A DNA stretch of 64,000 nt from the NCBI RefSeq assembly GCF_006345805.1, contig NC_043020.1:8990001-9054000 (forward strand), read 5' to 3'. The stretch's first letter is position 1; the number at the start of each line of letters is the position of its first letter. A model generated the notes under the pieces. The model did no database searches. It was not told the DNA's origin and saw only the letters and a list, made by a program, of their open reading frames with translations. The stretch is from Octopus sinensis. Lineage: Eukaryota. Made by a program: the position numbers and the translations under genes. This document shows positions 23,037 to 35,608 of the stretch, in pieces.

Positions 23037-23836
23037 ATGATCATTCACTCCCACATATTAGGTTTGTTTCAGTTTCCTACCAAACCCACTCATAAGGCTT
23101 TGGGTGACTTGGGTGGGTGGGGAGGGGCTATGGTAGAAGAGTGCCATGCTGTGGGACTGAACCTGGAACCATGTGGCTGGTAAGCAAACTCCTTACCACA
23201 CAGCCATGCCTTCACCAGATTTATATGTGAATGTATATAGTGTATATATATATGTAAGAAATTCTTGGGAGAAATGAGCCATGGGTCTTCAGGGAAGAAG
23301 CCTTCATTCATTTTATACAAGTGTTTTGGCCTATAACTTATTAAATTCAAGGGGATAGCAGTGGGGGCATGCAGGCCACAACTTCTTGTATACCACTTTG
23401 CTGGCATTTAGTGTGTTTCTGTATATAAATGCATGAATGGTTGCATGTGTGTGTGTGTATACACACACATATATACATACAAGGTGCAGGCGTGGTTGTG
23501 TGGTAAGAAACTTGCTTCCCAACCCTATGGTTCCGGGTTCAGTCCCACTGTGTGGCACCTTGGGCAAGTGTTTTCTATTGCCTTGGGCTGACCAGAGCCT
23601 TGTGAGTGGATTTGGTAGACGGAAACTGAAAGAAGTCTATCGCATATATGTCTGTCTGTTTGAAGCAGGTCATTCAACTCTCTCTCTCTCCCACATACAC
23701 ACACACCTTGATGCATTCTGTTGCGCTCCTCGTCGCTCCAAAAATGCTTCCAGTTAGAAACTCTGAGTAGCACTGGAGTGAACGACCTACCTCACTCACA
23801 CATTCATTCAGGTAGGTCTGCTATGGTATACTACTA

Positions 23837-24063
23837 TTAACCCTTTAGTGTTCAGATTATTCAATCAAACATAATGCCTATTGATTCCCATTGATTTGAA
23901 TTAATCATGCATTATCTCATATCTTCAAGATCTTGATGGTGTAACTACTTAATGTAGAATAACATTGTAGGATAGGTGTGAGGGCCTGGATCTGGTCAGT
24001 TTGAACATAAAACAGATTAGCTATTTTGGCCGGATATGGCTGGTTTAAATACTAAAAGGTTAA
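23837..24063 (-). mobile_element. piggyBac-type TTAA MITE (P1)
   Basis: TTAA-flanked, ccctttag TIR. Confidence 0.9.
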
Positions 24064-24436
24064 AGACTTGATAATTTCAGTTTTAATGTTGTAAGCTCTC
24101 TCTCTATAACAGCACACGCATACACAGCAATGTGTAGTCATCGTTTCCCTCCTTCTCCTCCTCCGCCGTCTCTTCTGCTGCTGCTGTTAGGTGCAGTGTG
24201 CCATCATCCCTCGCTATCATCGCCATTAGTAACCATTGCAGAATCTAGTAAATGTTATAAGATATCTGGGTGGCTGGTACATCTCCGCACCCCCCCTCTC
24301 TCGTGCATTAAATTGTTTGCTGTTGACACATTCGCACACGTACAAACATACACACACACATGCACAACAGCTGATCACGTTAGAATTACATATACACACA
24401 ACTGCTGATAACACGCGTACTCAAACACGTTTACAT

Positions 24437-24488
<52 letters not shown>

Positions 24489-24616
24489 CTTTTTTTAATA
24501 ATTTTGATATATATTTAAAATAATATAAATTAAATAATCTTATGTATTGGCTTAAGTTTTTCATTGTATGATTTGCCTAATAGTGGTTTTATCTCTAATT
24601 TAATATAATATAATAT

Positions 24617-24650
<34 letters not shown>

Positions 24651-25974
24651 CTCACACATCAACGCACATATACGCACACAAACTCACAAACACACACACA
24701 CACACACACATATATATTTATATATGTTATATATGTATATGTAAAAAAAAATACAAACCGGGACAAGAACGCAAAAGATTTAGAAGACGATACAAAAAAC
24801 ACGGACTGGACATTCGAAGCCTTCAATCTTCAGTCAAGAACCGGATCATCCTCGCAATTTCGGCTACACACACACATATATATATATATAATATACTCAC
24901 ACATCAACGCACATATACGCACACATATATATATACACACATATAAGCGCGCATATTTACGCGTGCACACACATATGCACACGCACATACACGTACACAA
25001 GCACATACATCTGCTGGTCACAGACCTACATTCACATGCTTGTATCGACACGAATGCGCGCTCGCGCAATTGCTGATCTCTCACACACACTGCACACAAA
25101 CTGGTGTTCATATATATCTGTTCACACGCATACACACAAACGTGCTGCTCTTGCACGCGTGCGCACAGGTATTCCTCCATGATAATATGTGGGCATGTTT
25201 ACAAGCATGTCTACACACGAACAGGTGCATGTAGACTCACATGCACACTTAATATACAAATGTACACACTTTTGCATAATTGCATTCAGCCCCGAGCACG
25301 CAGCTGCATACGTGCACACATACATACGCATGCACATACACACACGTGCCCACACACACATTCGCTTACACTATGCGCACACAAATGCACACGCATGCAC
25401 ATGCAAACACACATGCACACCTACGCATATACGCATTCTACGCGTGCACACTCGTGCGCATGTCTCGTGTGGAGGTAAGCTCTACATGTTCTCCTGGTTG
25501 ACATGCAAGAAATAGAAGCCAAATCTCCTTCAACTCCTGTCTTTAATGTGCATAAAAAAATTACCTAAAAACAAATAAAATGCTCAAAAAAAATCTCAGT
25601 ATGGTCACGATTGGATTGTCTTTGACAACAGATTTGTCAAATCAGATCTAACGATGCAGGAATTTGTATTGATTTTAGTTTTTTTTTTTATAACTGTCGC
25701 ATCAATTTTTATTTTCACGAGTTCTTGTTTCTCTGTCACACACATGCACACATAGACTGCAATTTCGTTAATTTAAGTGTATACATTTGTCTCAAGAGCC
25801 TAAAAGCATCGTGTATAACACTTATGAATCTGATATCGGTTTTCATAAGTTCCTTGCACGAAACTGTCGGCTCTTGAGCTACTTTGCTACATTTGGCAAT
25901 TAAACACACACACAGCGCTAAATGGTTTCAAGTATTTTCTTATCTGACTATCTGTCCATTTCTCACTTGCATGC

Positions 25975-26002
25975 ACTCTCTCTCTGTCTCTCTCTGTCTC
26001 TG

Positions 26003-26101
<99 letters not shown>

Positions 26102-26282
26102 GTCTCTCTCTCTCTCTCTGTCTCTGTCTCTCTCTCTCTGTCTCTGTCTCTGTCTGTCTCTCTGTCTCACTTTCTGTGTATGTCTGTCTGTCTCTCTCTC
26201 TATCTCTCTCTCTGTCTGTCTCTCTGTCTCTCTGTGTCTCTCTCTGTCTGTCTGTCTCTGTCTGTGTCTCTCTCTCTCTCTC
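25975..26282. repeat. (CT)/(CTGT)n microsatellite
   Basis: Visible. Confidence 0.95.
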
Positions 26283-26720
26283 GCAATCAAGTTAGTCAAT
26301 AAACGCACCACCCTAAGCTGTTTATATCAAATGAAATACATGCAGTGAAAAAAATGCTTTATATAATTATATTTGTGTTTGTGGTGTGTGTATATATGTG
26401 TGCATGTATATTGTTTTAATGTGTGTCTATATATGTGCATGTGCATGTGTGTATATATATGTATATATATACACACACATACATACACACAAAGGCGTGT
26501 GTTGTGTGTGTGTATGTATCCTGTTTACTCAAAAAGGAGTTGTGTTGTTCTGTATCTAGTTGGAACTGGAGAAACTGGAGTGCAAGAAGGTAGGCTGGGC
26601 GAAGCTACAACTGAAAGGGGAACAAGTTTCCACTAAGATTTAACGCGAAATCATGGATGCAACTTCAACACAAATACATATGGTAGGACACACACACACG
26701 CATGCACAATGTGTGTGTGC

Positions 26721-26757
<37 letters not shown>

Positions 26758-26758
<1 letters not shown>

Positions 26759-26946
26759 TTTTGTTTCAGTCATTCGACTGTGGCCATGCTGGAGCACTGC
26801 ATTTGTCGAACAAATCGACCCCAGGACTTATTCTATTGGTCACTTTTGCTGAACCACTAGATCTCTCTCTTCAACCACAATATATTAAACGCACCAGCAT
26901 CGGTTGTCAAGCGATGGTTCAGGGGGGGACAGACACACAAACATAC

Positions 26947-26997
<51 letters not shown>

Positions 26998-27312
26998 GTG
27001 TGTGTGTATGTGTGTGTATGTGTGTGTGGGTGTATGTGTGTGTGTGTATATGTGTGTGTGTTGTGTGTATATGTGTGTGTGTGTATATGTGTGTGTGTGT
27101 ATATGTGTGTATATGTGTATATGTGTATATATATACACACACACACACACACGATGGGCTTCTTTCAGTTTCCATCTACCAAGTCCACTCACAAGGCTTT
27201 GGTCGGCCTGAGGCTACAGCAGAAGACACTTGCCCAAGGTGCCATGCAATGGGATTGAACCCATGACCATATGGTTGGTAAGCAAGCTGCTTACCACACA
27301 ACCACACCTGCA
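26758..27312 (-). mobile_element. SINE family A copy with greatly expanded internal TA/TG microsatellite
   Basis: Family A modules flank about 210 bp of TA/TG repeat (26940-27150). An oppositely oriented A copy follows at about 27350-27710. Confidence 0.8.
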
Positions 27313-27964
27313 CCTATACATATATATTTCCACAATATTTTTCTACAATTAGGCTGTTTGGTAAGTAGCTTGCTTACCAACCACATGGTTCCAGGTTCTG
27401 TCCCACTGTGTGACACCTTGGGCAAGTGTCTTCTACTAAAGTCTTGGGCCGACCAAAGCCTTGTGAGTGGATTTGGTAGACGGAAACTGAAAGAAGCTCA
27501 TCATATATACATATGTTTGTGTGTGTCTGTCCTCTCACTATCGCTTGACAACCTATGTTGGTGTGTTTACATCCCTGTAACCTAGCGGTTTGGCTAAAGA
27601 GACCGATAGAATAAGTACTAGGCTTATGAAGATTAAATCCTGGAGTTGATTTTTACAACTAAAGGCAATGCTTCAGCATGACCGCAGTCAGATGACTAAA
27701 CAAATAAAAGAATTCTTCATATTTATTTGGTGCGCTGCCCATCATAGCAGAATTGAAATCCGAAAACCAAAGTGCTACAGAAAAGGCATTGGTGTGGGTG
27801 CTGGTGTCACGTAAAAAGCACCCAGTACACTCTGTAAAGTGGTTGGCACTAGAAAGAGCATCCAGCTTTAGAAACCAACCCAAAGTAGACAACGGAACCT
27901 GGTGTTGTCCCTCACCTTGTCATCTCCTAGAAAGCAGTCCAACCCATGCCAGCATGGAGAATGG

Positions 27965-28373
27965 GATCTTTTCAATTTGAACAGCAGTTATTTTTAAATA
28001 ATTTCCACGTAACGAAACACTTTTAAACATTGTATACTAGTAGAATGTGCTAATAAAACATCTTTTTCTTTTGGCTTTATTGAGAAAATTCTATAGTTTG
28101 TAAGATATTTGTTGTTTTTTTTCTTCAATTTCTGCAATTTCAACCAATCAATGATGTCTATTGAGGTGAAAACATTCTGTGCCATATGAATATGTCCCTC
28201 GTTTAAGAAACAGATTGGGTTTATTTACATTTGTGAAGAAAAAAGATACCCTTCTCCCCACCCCTAACCCTAAGACAGATTGAAATGCAATAGATCGATA
28301 CTAGGGTCATAATTATGGGTGACAATTTCATATGACACCGCTAGAAAAAACTGCCGTTCAAACTGAAAAGATC
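27965..28373. mobile_element. MULE-like MITE with about 31-bp TIRs and 10-bp TSD
   Basis: TIRs gatcttttcaatttgaacagcagttattttt / aaaaaactgccgttcaaactgaaaagatc. TSD tggagaatgg (27955-27964) / tggtgaatgg (28374-28383). It splits a family C tail. Confidence 0.8.
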
Positions 28374-29236
28374 TGGTGAATGGACATTAAATATTGATGA
28401 GTGTTAATAAAAGTAGGAATTTTTTGTTCATATACATCAAATAACTATGAAGGTCCAGTATGATTAAAATAATTAAAGGGGTCTGTAGGTAGAAAATGGT
28501 TGAGAACCAAAGCCCTAAGTAATCAGACCTTGTGCCCACGACCATCCTGTCTTTTCTTCAGGTTTAGTGTATTTGGGGCCACATCACTTCTTTTTTTTTT
28601 AAAGACAGTTGGCTGTGATTTGAGGGAAAGTTGACTACCATTTCCAGCAGTTTTAATGGCCACAGGGTGTGTAAGTGGAAATGTTATTCTTATCTGAAAC
28701 CCCTACTCCATAAATGTCTTTTTTTTCTTCTCCAAAGTAAAGGAAAAAAACTATCTGGGAGATAGGTGCTGGCATAGCTATGTGGTAAGAAGCTTGCTTC
28801 CAAACCACATGGTTCTGGGTTCAGTCCCATTGTGTGGTACTTTAGGCAAATGTCTTCTGCTATACCCTTGGGCTTATCAAAGTCTTGCGAGTAGATTTGG
28901 TAGATGGAAACGGAAAGAAACCCATATATTTATATATCATTATCACCGTCATCATTTAGCATCCACTTTCCACGCTGGCATGGGTTGGAAGGTTTTACTG
29001 AGGGCTGGCAAGCCAGAAGGCTGCACCAGGCTCCGATCTGATCTGGCAAAGTTTCCACAGCTGAATGCCCTTCCTAATGCCAACCACCCCAAGAGTGTAG
29101 TGGGTGCTTTTTACGTGCCACCAGCATGATTGCCAGTCAGGCGTTACTGGCATTAGCCATGCTCAAATGGTGCTTTTTACGTGTCAGCTGCACAGGAGCC
29201 AGTCCGGTGGCACTGGCAATGACTACGCTCAATATA

Positions 29237-29658
29237 TCTCTCTATATATAAACGGCAGTTTGTCTGTCTGTGTGGCTGTCAGGTTGTACCCTCACCCTGA
29301 CCACGGCTTTCAACCGATTCTGATGAAACTTGACACACACATAGCCCAATGTCATAATTCAAAACTAACGCAGTGAAAATTTTGAAAAGTTCCCCCAGTT
29401 CTGAAAAAAATCGATAAATTCGACATGGGGTCGAGAATCTAAGCTTTTCATATGCAACACATTTTCTGTTGTAGTTTTCGCAACTTGCAATCGGGAGACA
29501 GCTAGGAACATCGTATACATAGAAGTATTCGAGTGAAGAGAAGACATTGCAACCTACACATGCGCCTTCGTTCCCTAGAGGGAAAGGACTAGATTGGGAT
29601 TAGTCGTTGCCTACTAGGGGCTCTTACATACCCGGGCAACGCCGGGCTATGCTGCTAG
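29237..29658 (+). mobile_element. non-autonomous Helitron
   Basis: 5' TC (tctctctatatataaa) after A; subterminal cccgg-gcaacg-ccggg hairpin; 3' CTAG followed by T; no TSD. Confidence 0.85.
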
Positions 29659-29918
29659 TATTATATATATATGGCAATATATTGTGCTTGTGTAGACCTG
29701 CCAAGTCAAGTGAGACTGTAGTCATGGTCAGTGTCAAGTCAATGACACCTCTGTGCCGATAGCACATAAAAAACACCTACTACACTCTCGAGTGGTTGGC
29801 ACTTGGAAGTGCAGCCAGCCATAGAAACCATGCCAAATCAGATCGGAACCTGGTGCAGCTTACCAGCTTTCAGTCAATACGTCTAACCCATGCCAGCATG
29901 GAAAATGGACGTTAAATG

Positions 29919-29960
<42 letters not shown>

Positions 29961-30349
29961 ATATCTTTGTGTCTTTGTGTGTCCCAACACCACTGCTTGA
30001 CAACTGGTGCTGGTGTGTTTATGTTCCCGCAATGTAGCAGTTCAGCAAAAGCGACTGATAGAAGAAGTACCAGGCTAAGAGAAAAAAAAAAGTACTGAGG
30101 ATGATTTGTTAGACTAAAAATTCTTCAAGGTGGTGCCCCAGCATGGCCAAAGTCAAATGACTGAAACCAGTAAAAAATAGTGGAAAGTAAAGTGAAATCA
30201 CAATATCAAGGAGAGAGAGAGGTTGATGTTGTAGGTTTGGCAGCACCTTCCCTCCTTCCCTCCCTCCCTTCAAATGCTAACCACAATCTTTCTCTCTCTC
30301 TCTGTTACTCTCTCTCTCTCTCTGTTACTCTCTCTCTCTCTCTTACTCC

Positions 30350-30352
30350 ATG

Positions 30353-30386
<34 letters not shown>

Positions 30387-30790
30387 GCATTAATACAAAT
30401 GCATCTGTGCATATTTAACACAGGCTTCAGTACATACACACGCGTACACACTCGTACTCGCACACATGCTCGTACACACACACACTAGTACACACACACA
30501 CTAGTACACACAACACACACACACCACACACACACACACACACACACTTGTTCACACGTGCACACTCACTCGTACACACGTACTCGTACACACGCACACG
30601 CTCGTACACACACTTGCACACACACACACACACACACACACACTCATACATACACTTGCACACACACACACACGCACACACACTTGTACACATGCACGCA
30701 CACACACTCGTACACACAAATGCATATGTGCATATTTAACACATGCTTCAATACATATACGAACGTGGATACACACACACACACACACAG
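30350..30790. repeat. CA-rich compound repeat
   Basis: Visible (CA)n with interspersed ctcgtac motifs. Confidence 0.9.
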
Positions 30791-30942
30791 AGGAAGTCCT
30801 TGAAACATGAGAATCTTCTGGCATGAAGAGTCAATACTCTTACCTTTTCCAAGAATTTCATTTATGCCAGAAACCTTCCTGTTGGTACACACTCTCTCAC
30901 TCACTCACTCACATACACACATGCATGCACACATCCTCACTC

Positions 30943-30978
<36 letters not shown>

Positions 30979-31094
30979 GCATTTTTGTGTGGCATAGAAA
31001 TATGGTTTATGCTGACTTGATTATGACGATGATAGTGATAATATTTTTTTTTCATATAAGATTGTTTCTGGCAATGTTTAAGAACAAGTAGGAA

Positions 31095-31210
31095 TGGTGG
31101 TGGTAGTAGTGGTGGTGGTAGTGGTGGTGGTGGTGGTGTTGGTGGTGGTAGTAGTGGTGGTGGTAGTGGTGGTGGTGGTAGTGGTAGTGGTGGTGGTGGT
31201 GGTGGTGGTA
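31095..31210. repeat. (GGT/GTA)n trinucleotide repeat
   Basis: Visible; source of the poly-V and poly-P ORFs. Confidence 0.95.
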
Positions 31211-31959
31211 TCAAGTCTTGGTAAACGAGAAATTTTCTGGGAATGGAATGAAAACTGTAAACAACTTTGTCACTCTCTAGATCTGTTGTTGTTGTTGTTG
31301 AGTTCCAAGTAGAACTTGATCCACCCGGCACTTATGATCAAAGACAATCAAGCCATGACCATCCCATTTTTTTTTTCCTCAGAAATAACTTATCCTAAAC
31401 CACATCAGCCAAACTCTCTTGTTTTTTTTTTTTTGTTTTTTGTTTCAAAGATATGTGATTTGCAGGTATGGCTGTGTGGTAAGCAGTTTGCTTCATGAAC
31501 ACATGATTCCAGGTTCAACCCTGTTGTTGGTCAGGGACTGTCTGCGAGGGAAGTATAATCATCATCATCATTGTTTGACCGTGGTCGAGACTTTCATAGT
31601 CTTTTCAAATGGATAATAATGTGTGCGCATGCCACTACTACACACATTGGAAAGCATTGTACAACCAAGCACTAAAGATCTTTCCTCCTCCATGAAACAA
31701 AGCTGTTCCCGCTGGACGTCAACCCAGTATTTCTAAGCTACGGACCGAGTGATTTATTGTAAGGTTATCTCCCTAGATAGATTGCCTTCACTACGGCTAA
31801 GGAGCCCTTTCTACCCCATGTATAATACATACATCAATGATGTAGATACCATCCAGACTTTCAGCAATTTGTTGATCCACCCCAGAAGTTAGTTGCAAGC
31901 CGAGTCAAAAGGATGTACCAGGCCAAAGGTCTGAATAGTTAGTGACCGGCTAATGGTAA

Positions 31960-32081
31960 CTGTGTGAACCAAGAAGCCCTGGTTCATAGCTAGGTTGTTG
32001 CTGTGTGAACCAAGAAACCCTGGTTCATAGCTAGGTTGTTGCTGTGTGAACCAAGAAACCCTGGTTCATAGCTAGGTTGTT
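31960..32081. repeat. 41-bp tandem repeat x3 with internal inverted repeat
   Basis: ctgtgtgaaccaagaaaccctggttcatagctaggttgttg at 31960, 32001 and 32042. Confidence 0.95.
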
Positions 32082-32449
32082 GGTGTCTCAAGTGACAACA
32101 CAGTTGAGCTCCCTTTGTAAATGGGGGTTGGAGTGGAGGATGAAATACAAGACCTGTCAAAAGGCAAACTCCAAATAACCACTAACCATCCAAATGTGTG
32201 TGGGGGTGGGGAGGGCTAGTGGTTAGGGTGTTGCACTCACAATTGCAAGATTGTAGTTTCAATATCCGGACAGGGCGGTGTATGATGTTCTTTAGCAAAG
32301 CTCTTCATTATACGTTGCTTCAGTTCACTTTGTGAACGAGTGAGTCTGTGTCCTGTTCAGGGAGAATGTTGTGATCTTTGTCACTTGCCATGGAAACTGG
32401 GCAACCAGCCCTATGTAGAGGTGCATGGCTTAGTGGTTAGTGTGTTGGA

Positions 32450-32680
32450 AGGCGGCGAGCTGGCAGAAACGTTAGCACGCCGGGCGAAATGCTTAGTGGT
32501 ATTTCGTCTGCGTTACGTTGTGAGTTCAAATTCTGCCGAGGTCGACTTTACCTTTCATCTTTTCGGGGTCGATAAATTAAGTACCAGTTACGCACTGGGG
32601 TCGATGTAATCAACTTAATACCTATGTCTGTCCTTGTTTGTCCCCTCTGTGTTTAGCCCCTTGTGGGTAATAAAGAAATA
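32450..32680 (+). mobile_element. SINE family B monomer with 15-bp TSD inside a family F SINE head
   Basis: ggttagtgtgttgga (32435-32449) / ggttagtatgttgga (32681-32695). Confidence 0.9.
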
Positions 32681-33180
32681 GGTTAGTATGTTGGACTTAT
32701 GATCATAAAATTATGGATGTGATTCCTAGTCAAGGCAACACATTGCCTTCTTGAGCAAGACACTTTATTTCACGTTGCTCCAGTTCACTCAGCTGTAGAA
32801 ATGAGTTGTGACATCACCGGTGCCAAGCTGTATCATGGCCTTTGCCTGTCCCCTGGATAACATTGGCATGGAGGCTGGTATGCATGAGTGACTGCTGGTT
32901 TTTCATAAACAGCCTTGCCTGGACTTGTGCCTTGGCAGGTAACTTTCTAGGTGCAATTTCATGGTCATTCATGGTTGAAGGGGCTCTTTACCCCTTACAT
33001 ATAAAATACATGGATTGGATTGCCCATGTTCAGTCCACTGTAGGACGAAGGCCTCAGCATGTTCTCTTCACCAAGGCATATCCTTGCTTGAATTTACTGT
33101 GCCTCCTCTTGAATTTCTTATGGGAAAAATTGTCTTCGTTTACAAACATTTCAGGTGATGAATGGCCTTCAGTATGAATT

Positions 33181-34200
33181 CATCATCATTTAACGTCCAT
33201 TTTCCTTGCTGGCATGGGTGAAATGGTTTTATTGGAACTAGCAAACTGGAAAGTTGCACCAAGTTCCAGTTTGATTTAGCATTGTTTCTATGGCTGGAGG
33301 CCCTTCCTAAAACCAACCGCCCCAAGAGTGTAATGGGTGCTTTTATCTACCACTGGCACAGGTGCCAGTCATGTGACGCTGGCATTAACCATGACTATGA
33401 TTTCAGTTGGCTTGATGAGTCTTCTCAAGCACAGCATATTGCCACAGGTCTCGGTCACTTGTCAAGGCCCAACATTTGAAGGTCATACTTCACAACCTCA
33501 TCCCATGTCTTCCTGGGTCTACCTCTTCCACAGGTTCCTTCCACAATTAGAAATTGGCACTTCTTTACACAACTGTCCTTGTCCATACGCATCACCTGAC
33601 CATATCAGCACATTCACCTCCCTTGCACACCACATCTGATGCCTCTTATGCCTAGCTTATCTCTCAAGACCTGCTTTGTTGTCCATGCACACTAACACTG
33701 CACATCCACCAAAGCAAACTAGCTTCATTTCTTTCAAGTCTACACATGTCCACAGTGGTCACAGCGTGTGTCTCACTGTCGCGTAGCATGGATGTTCACA
33801 CATAGGCATCATGCCTTTCACTCTGAGGGAGAGGCCCTTAGTTACTAACAGAAGTAGGAACTCTCTGAACTTTGCCCAGCCTATTCTTATTCTAGCAGCT
33901 ACGCTCTTGGACGATCCACCTCTGCTGCTGTCTTGGTCACCTAGGTAATGGAAGCTATCAACTACTCCTAGGTATCCCCCTTGGCATTGGATGGAGCCTA
34001 TTTTCTGTACATTTTTTGTTTATTGTATCTCTGAACCTGCCACACACAGACTATTTCCCCTGTTAACCTTACTCTGATATTGCTGCACCACTTGTGTGTC
34101 CATAGCTTGAATCAGGTACATCTTACGGATTTTCTCCCTATGCCTTTTTTTACACATTAAGCAGGGCTATCTACCTGAAGGGATTTGTGATTTTTTTTTC
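33181..34200 (-). mobile_element. 5'-truncated RTE-clade LINE (RT C-terminus, 3' UTR and GAT tail)
   Basis: Minus frames give PCLMCKK/GIGRKSVRCT*FKLWTHKWCS, DSFHYLGDQ...RIRIGWAKFRE, RLERNEAS and GTCGRGRPRKTWDEVVKYD. Confidence 0.9.
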
Positions 34201-34249
34201 GAGGTTCCATTGTATTATTTAAAAATCTATTCTTTTTTTGTTACCCCAG

Positions 34250-34293
34250 TACCAATTGATCCACGGTCTGGTGATTGGCGACACCTGATCTAG
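34250..34293 (+). CDS. candidate terminal coding exon of an unknown gene (xPIDPRSGDWRHLI*)
   Basis: Acceptor tattctttttttgttaccccag; CpG-containing codons; AATAAA at 34392-34397. No homologue recognised. Confidence 0.3.
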
Positions 34294-34709
34294 AACATTC
34301 CTGCTACAACAGAAAAGACTTGAAAGAATAAGGCAATTAAATAGACAAAACTGATTTCTATATAGAAATGTAGTTGGTTGTGAACAATGTAAATAAAAGT
34401 ACAGCTATGCCTCTCTTTACACAGATTTTTGTGTCTGGTTTCACTTTGACATGATGTTTGATTTATTTTGCATGGTTTCTTTCACAAATACAAAAACGCT
34501 TCTTTGTATTGTTGGTGGGTTTTTTTTCTTGTTTCAGTCTTTGAGTTTGGCTTTTCTTTTTGTTCTACTTGTTGACACTTAGCTAGCTTGCATTCCAGAC
34601 TGACACCTAAGGTAGAATATTTTTTTTTTTCATATATTTTAACTATATATTTTCAGGATAAAATAATAGTGTCAAATATTACAGAAGTTAATTTGTCTGT
34701 AATTAAAGA

Positions 34710-34937
34710 TTAACCCTTTAGCATTCAGATTATTTTGTAAAATGTAAAGCTTATGTATTCACAGCATGTAAAAATTAATCTTGCATCATTTCATGGCTTT
34801 GAGATTTCAATGATGGATTGTTTATTTTGAAAATGACACAATAAGATAGCTATGAATGACCATATCTGACTAGTCTGAACATAAAATAGGTAGAATATTT
34901 TGGCCGGATATGGCCGGTTTAAATACTAAAGGGTTAA
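34710..34937. mobile_element. piggyBac-type TTAA MITE (P1), diverged
   Basis: TTAA-ccctttagc ... ctaaaggg-TTAA. Confidence 0.85.
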
Positions 34938-35154
34938 TTTATTAAATCGACTTCCAAAATGGGGAGGGCTTAACAAAAACTACAAAACAGTTTGGTATAA
35001 ATGGAATAATTGTTAGAACAGTAAAAGAAATGAAGACAAAAATCCATGCAGGGGAAATTGTTGGATCTTCAGTTACATACGCATCATGCATTTGTAACAT
35101 TATGGAAACAATGGAAAAAGCTCTGATTTTGAGCAGAAAGTAAAACCTGATATT

Positions 35155-35608
35155 AAAATAGTGTGGCTGGAACACATGGAAGTGGGCAACCCAGGAAGTC
35201 ATGGGATGAAGTACTGAAGAATGACCCCAGGAAGCTGAACTTTTTGGTCGAGATGACAAAGGACCGAGACACCTGGCCATACTTGAGAAGACCTGTACCC
35301 CGCAGCAGAAGTGTTAAGCCCAATCCTGCTGCTGGTGGGAAGCACTTGTAGCAGTGTCACGTAAAAGTGCCTGTGGAGTGCCACTTGAAAGCTCCCATGT
35401 GGAACCATGTAAAAGTGCCTGTGTGGCATCACATAAGTGCCGATGCAGTGAAAAGCACCCGGTGCACTCTGTACAATGGTTGGCGTTAGGAAGGGCATCC
35501 AGCTGTAGAAACCAAGCCAAATCAAACTGGAGTCTGGTGCAGCTTGCCAGTTCTGGTCAAACTGTCCAACCCGTGCCAGCATGGACAATGGACGTTAAAT
35601 GATGATGA
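35155..35608 (+). mobile_element. RTE LINE 3' fragment
   Basis: GSGQPRKSWDEVLKND...DRDTW, then the family C 3' UTR and gatgatgat tail. Confidence 0.85.

Noticed and set aside
24740-24870. Penelope-like segment with ctgaaga on the minus strand, between 35-bp direct repeats (24646-24680, 24891-24925)
   Set aside because: GAAA is replaced by GAAT and no valid stem II forms. The direct repeats are low-complexity.
31960-32081. CRISPR-like appearance of the 41-bp, 22-bp, 124-bp and 137-bp repeats
   Set aside because: They are contiguous tandem units with no unique spacers, no cas genes, and a eukaryotic context.
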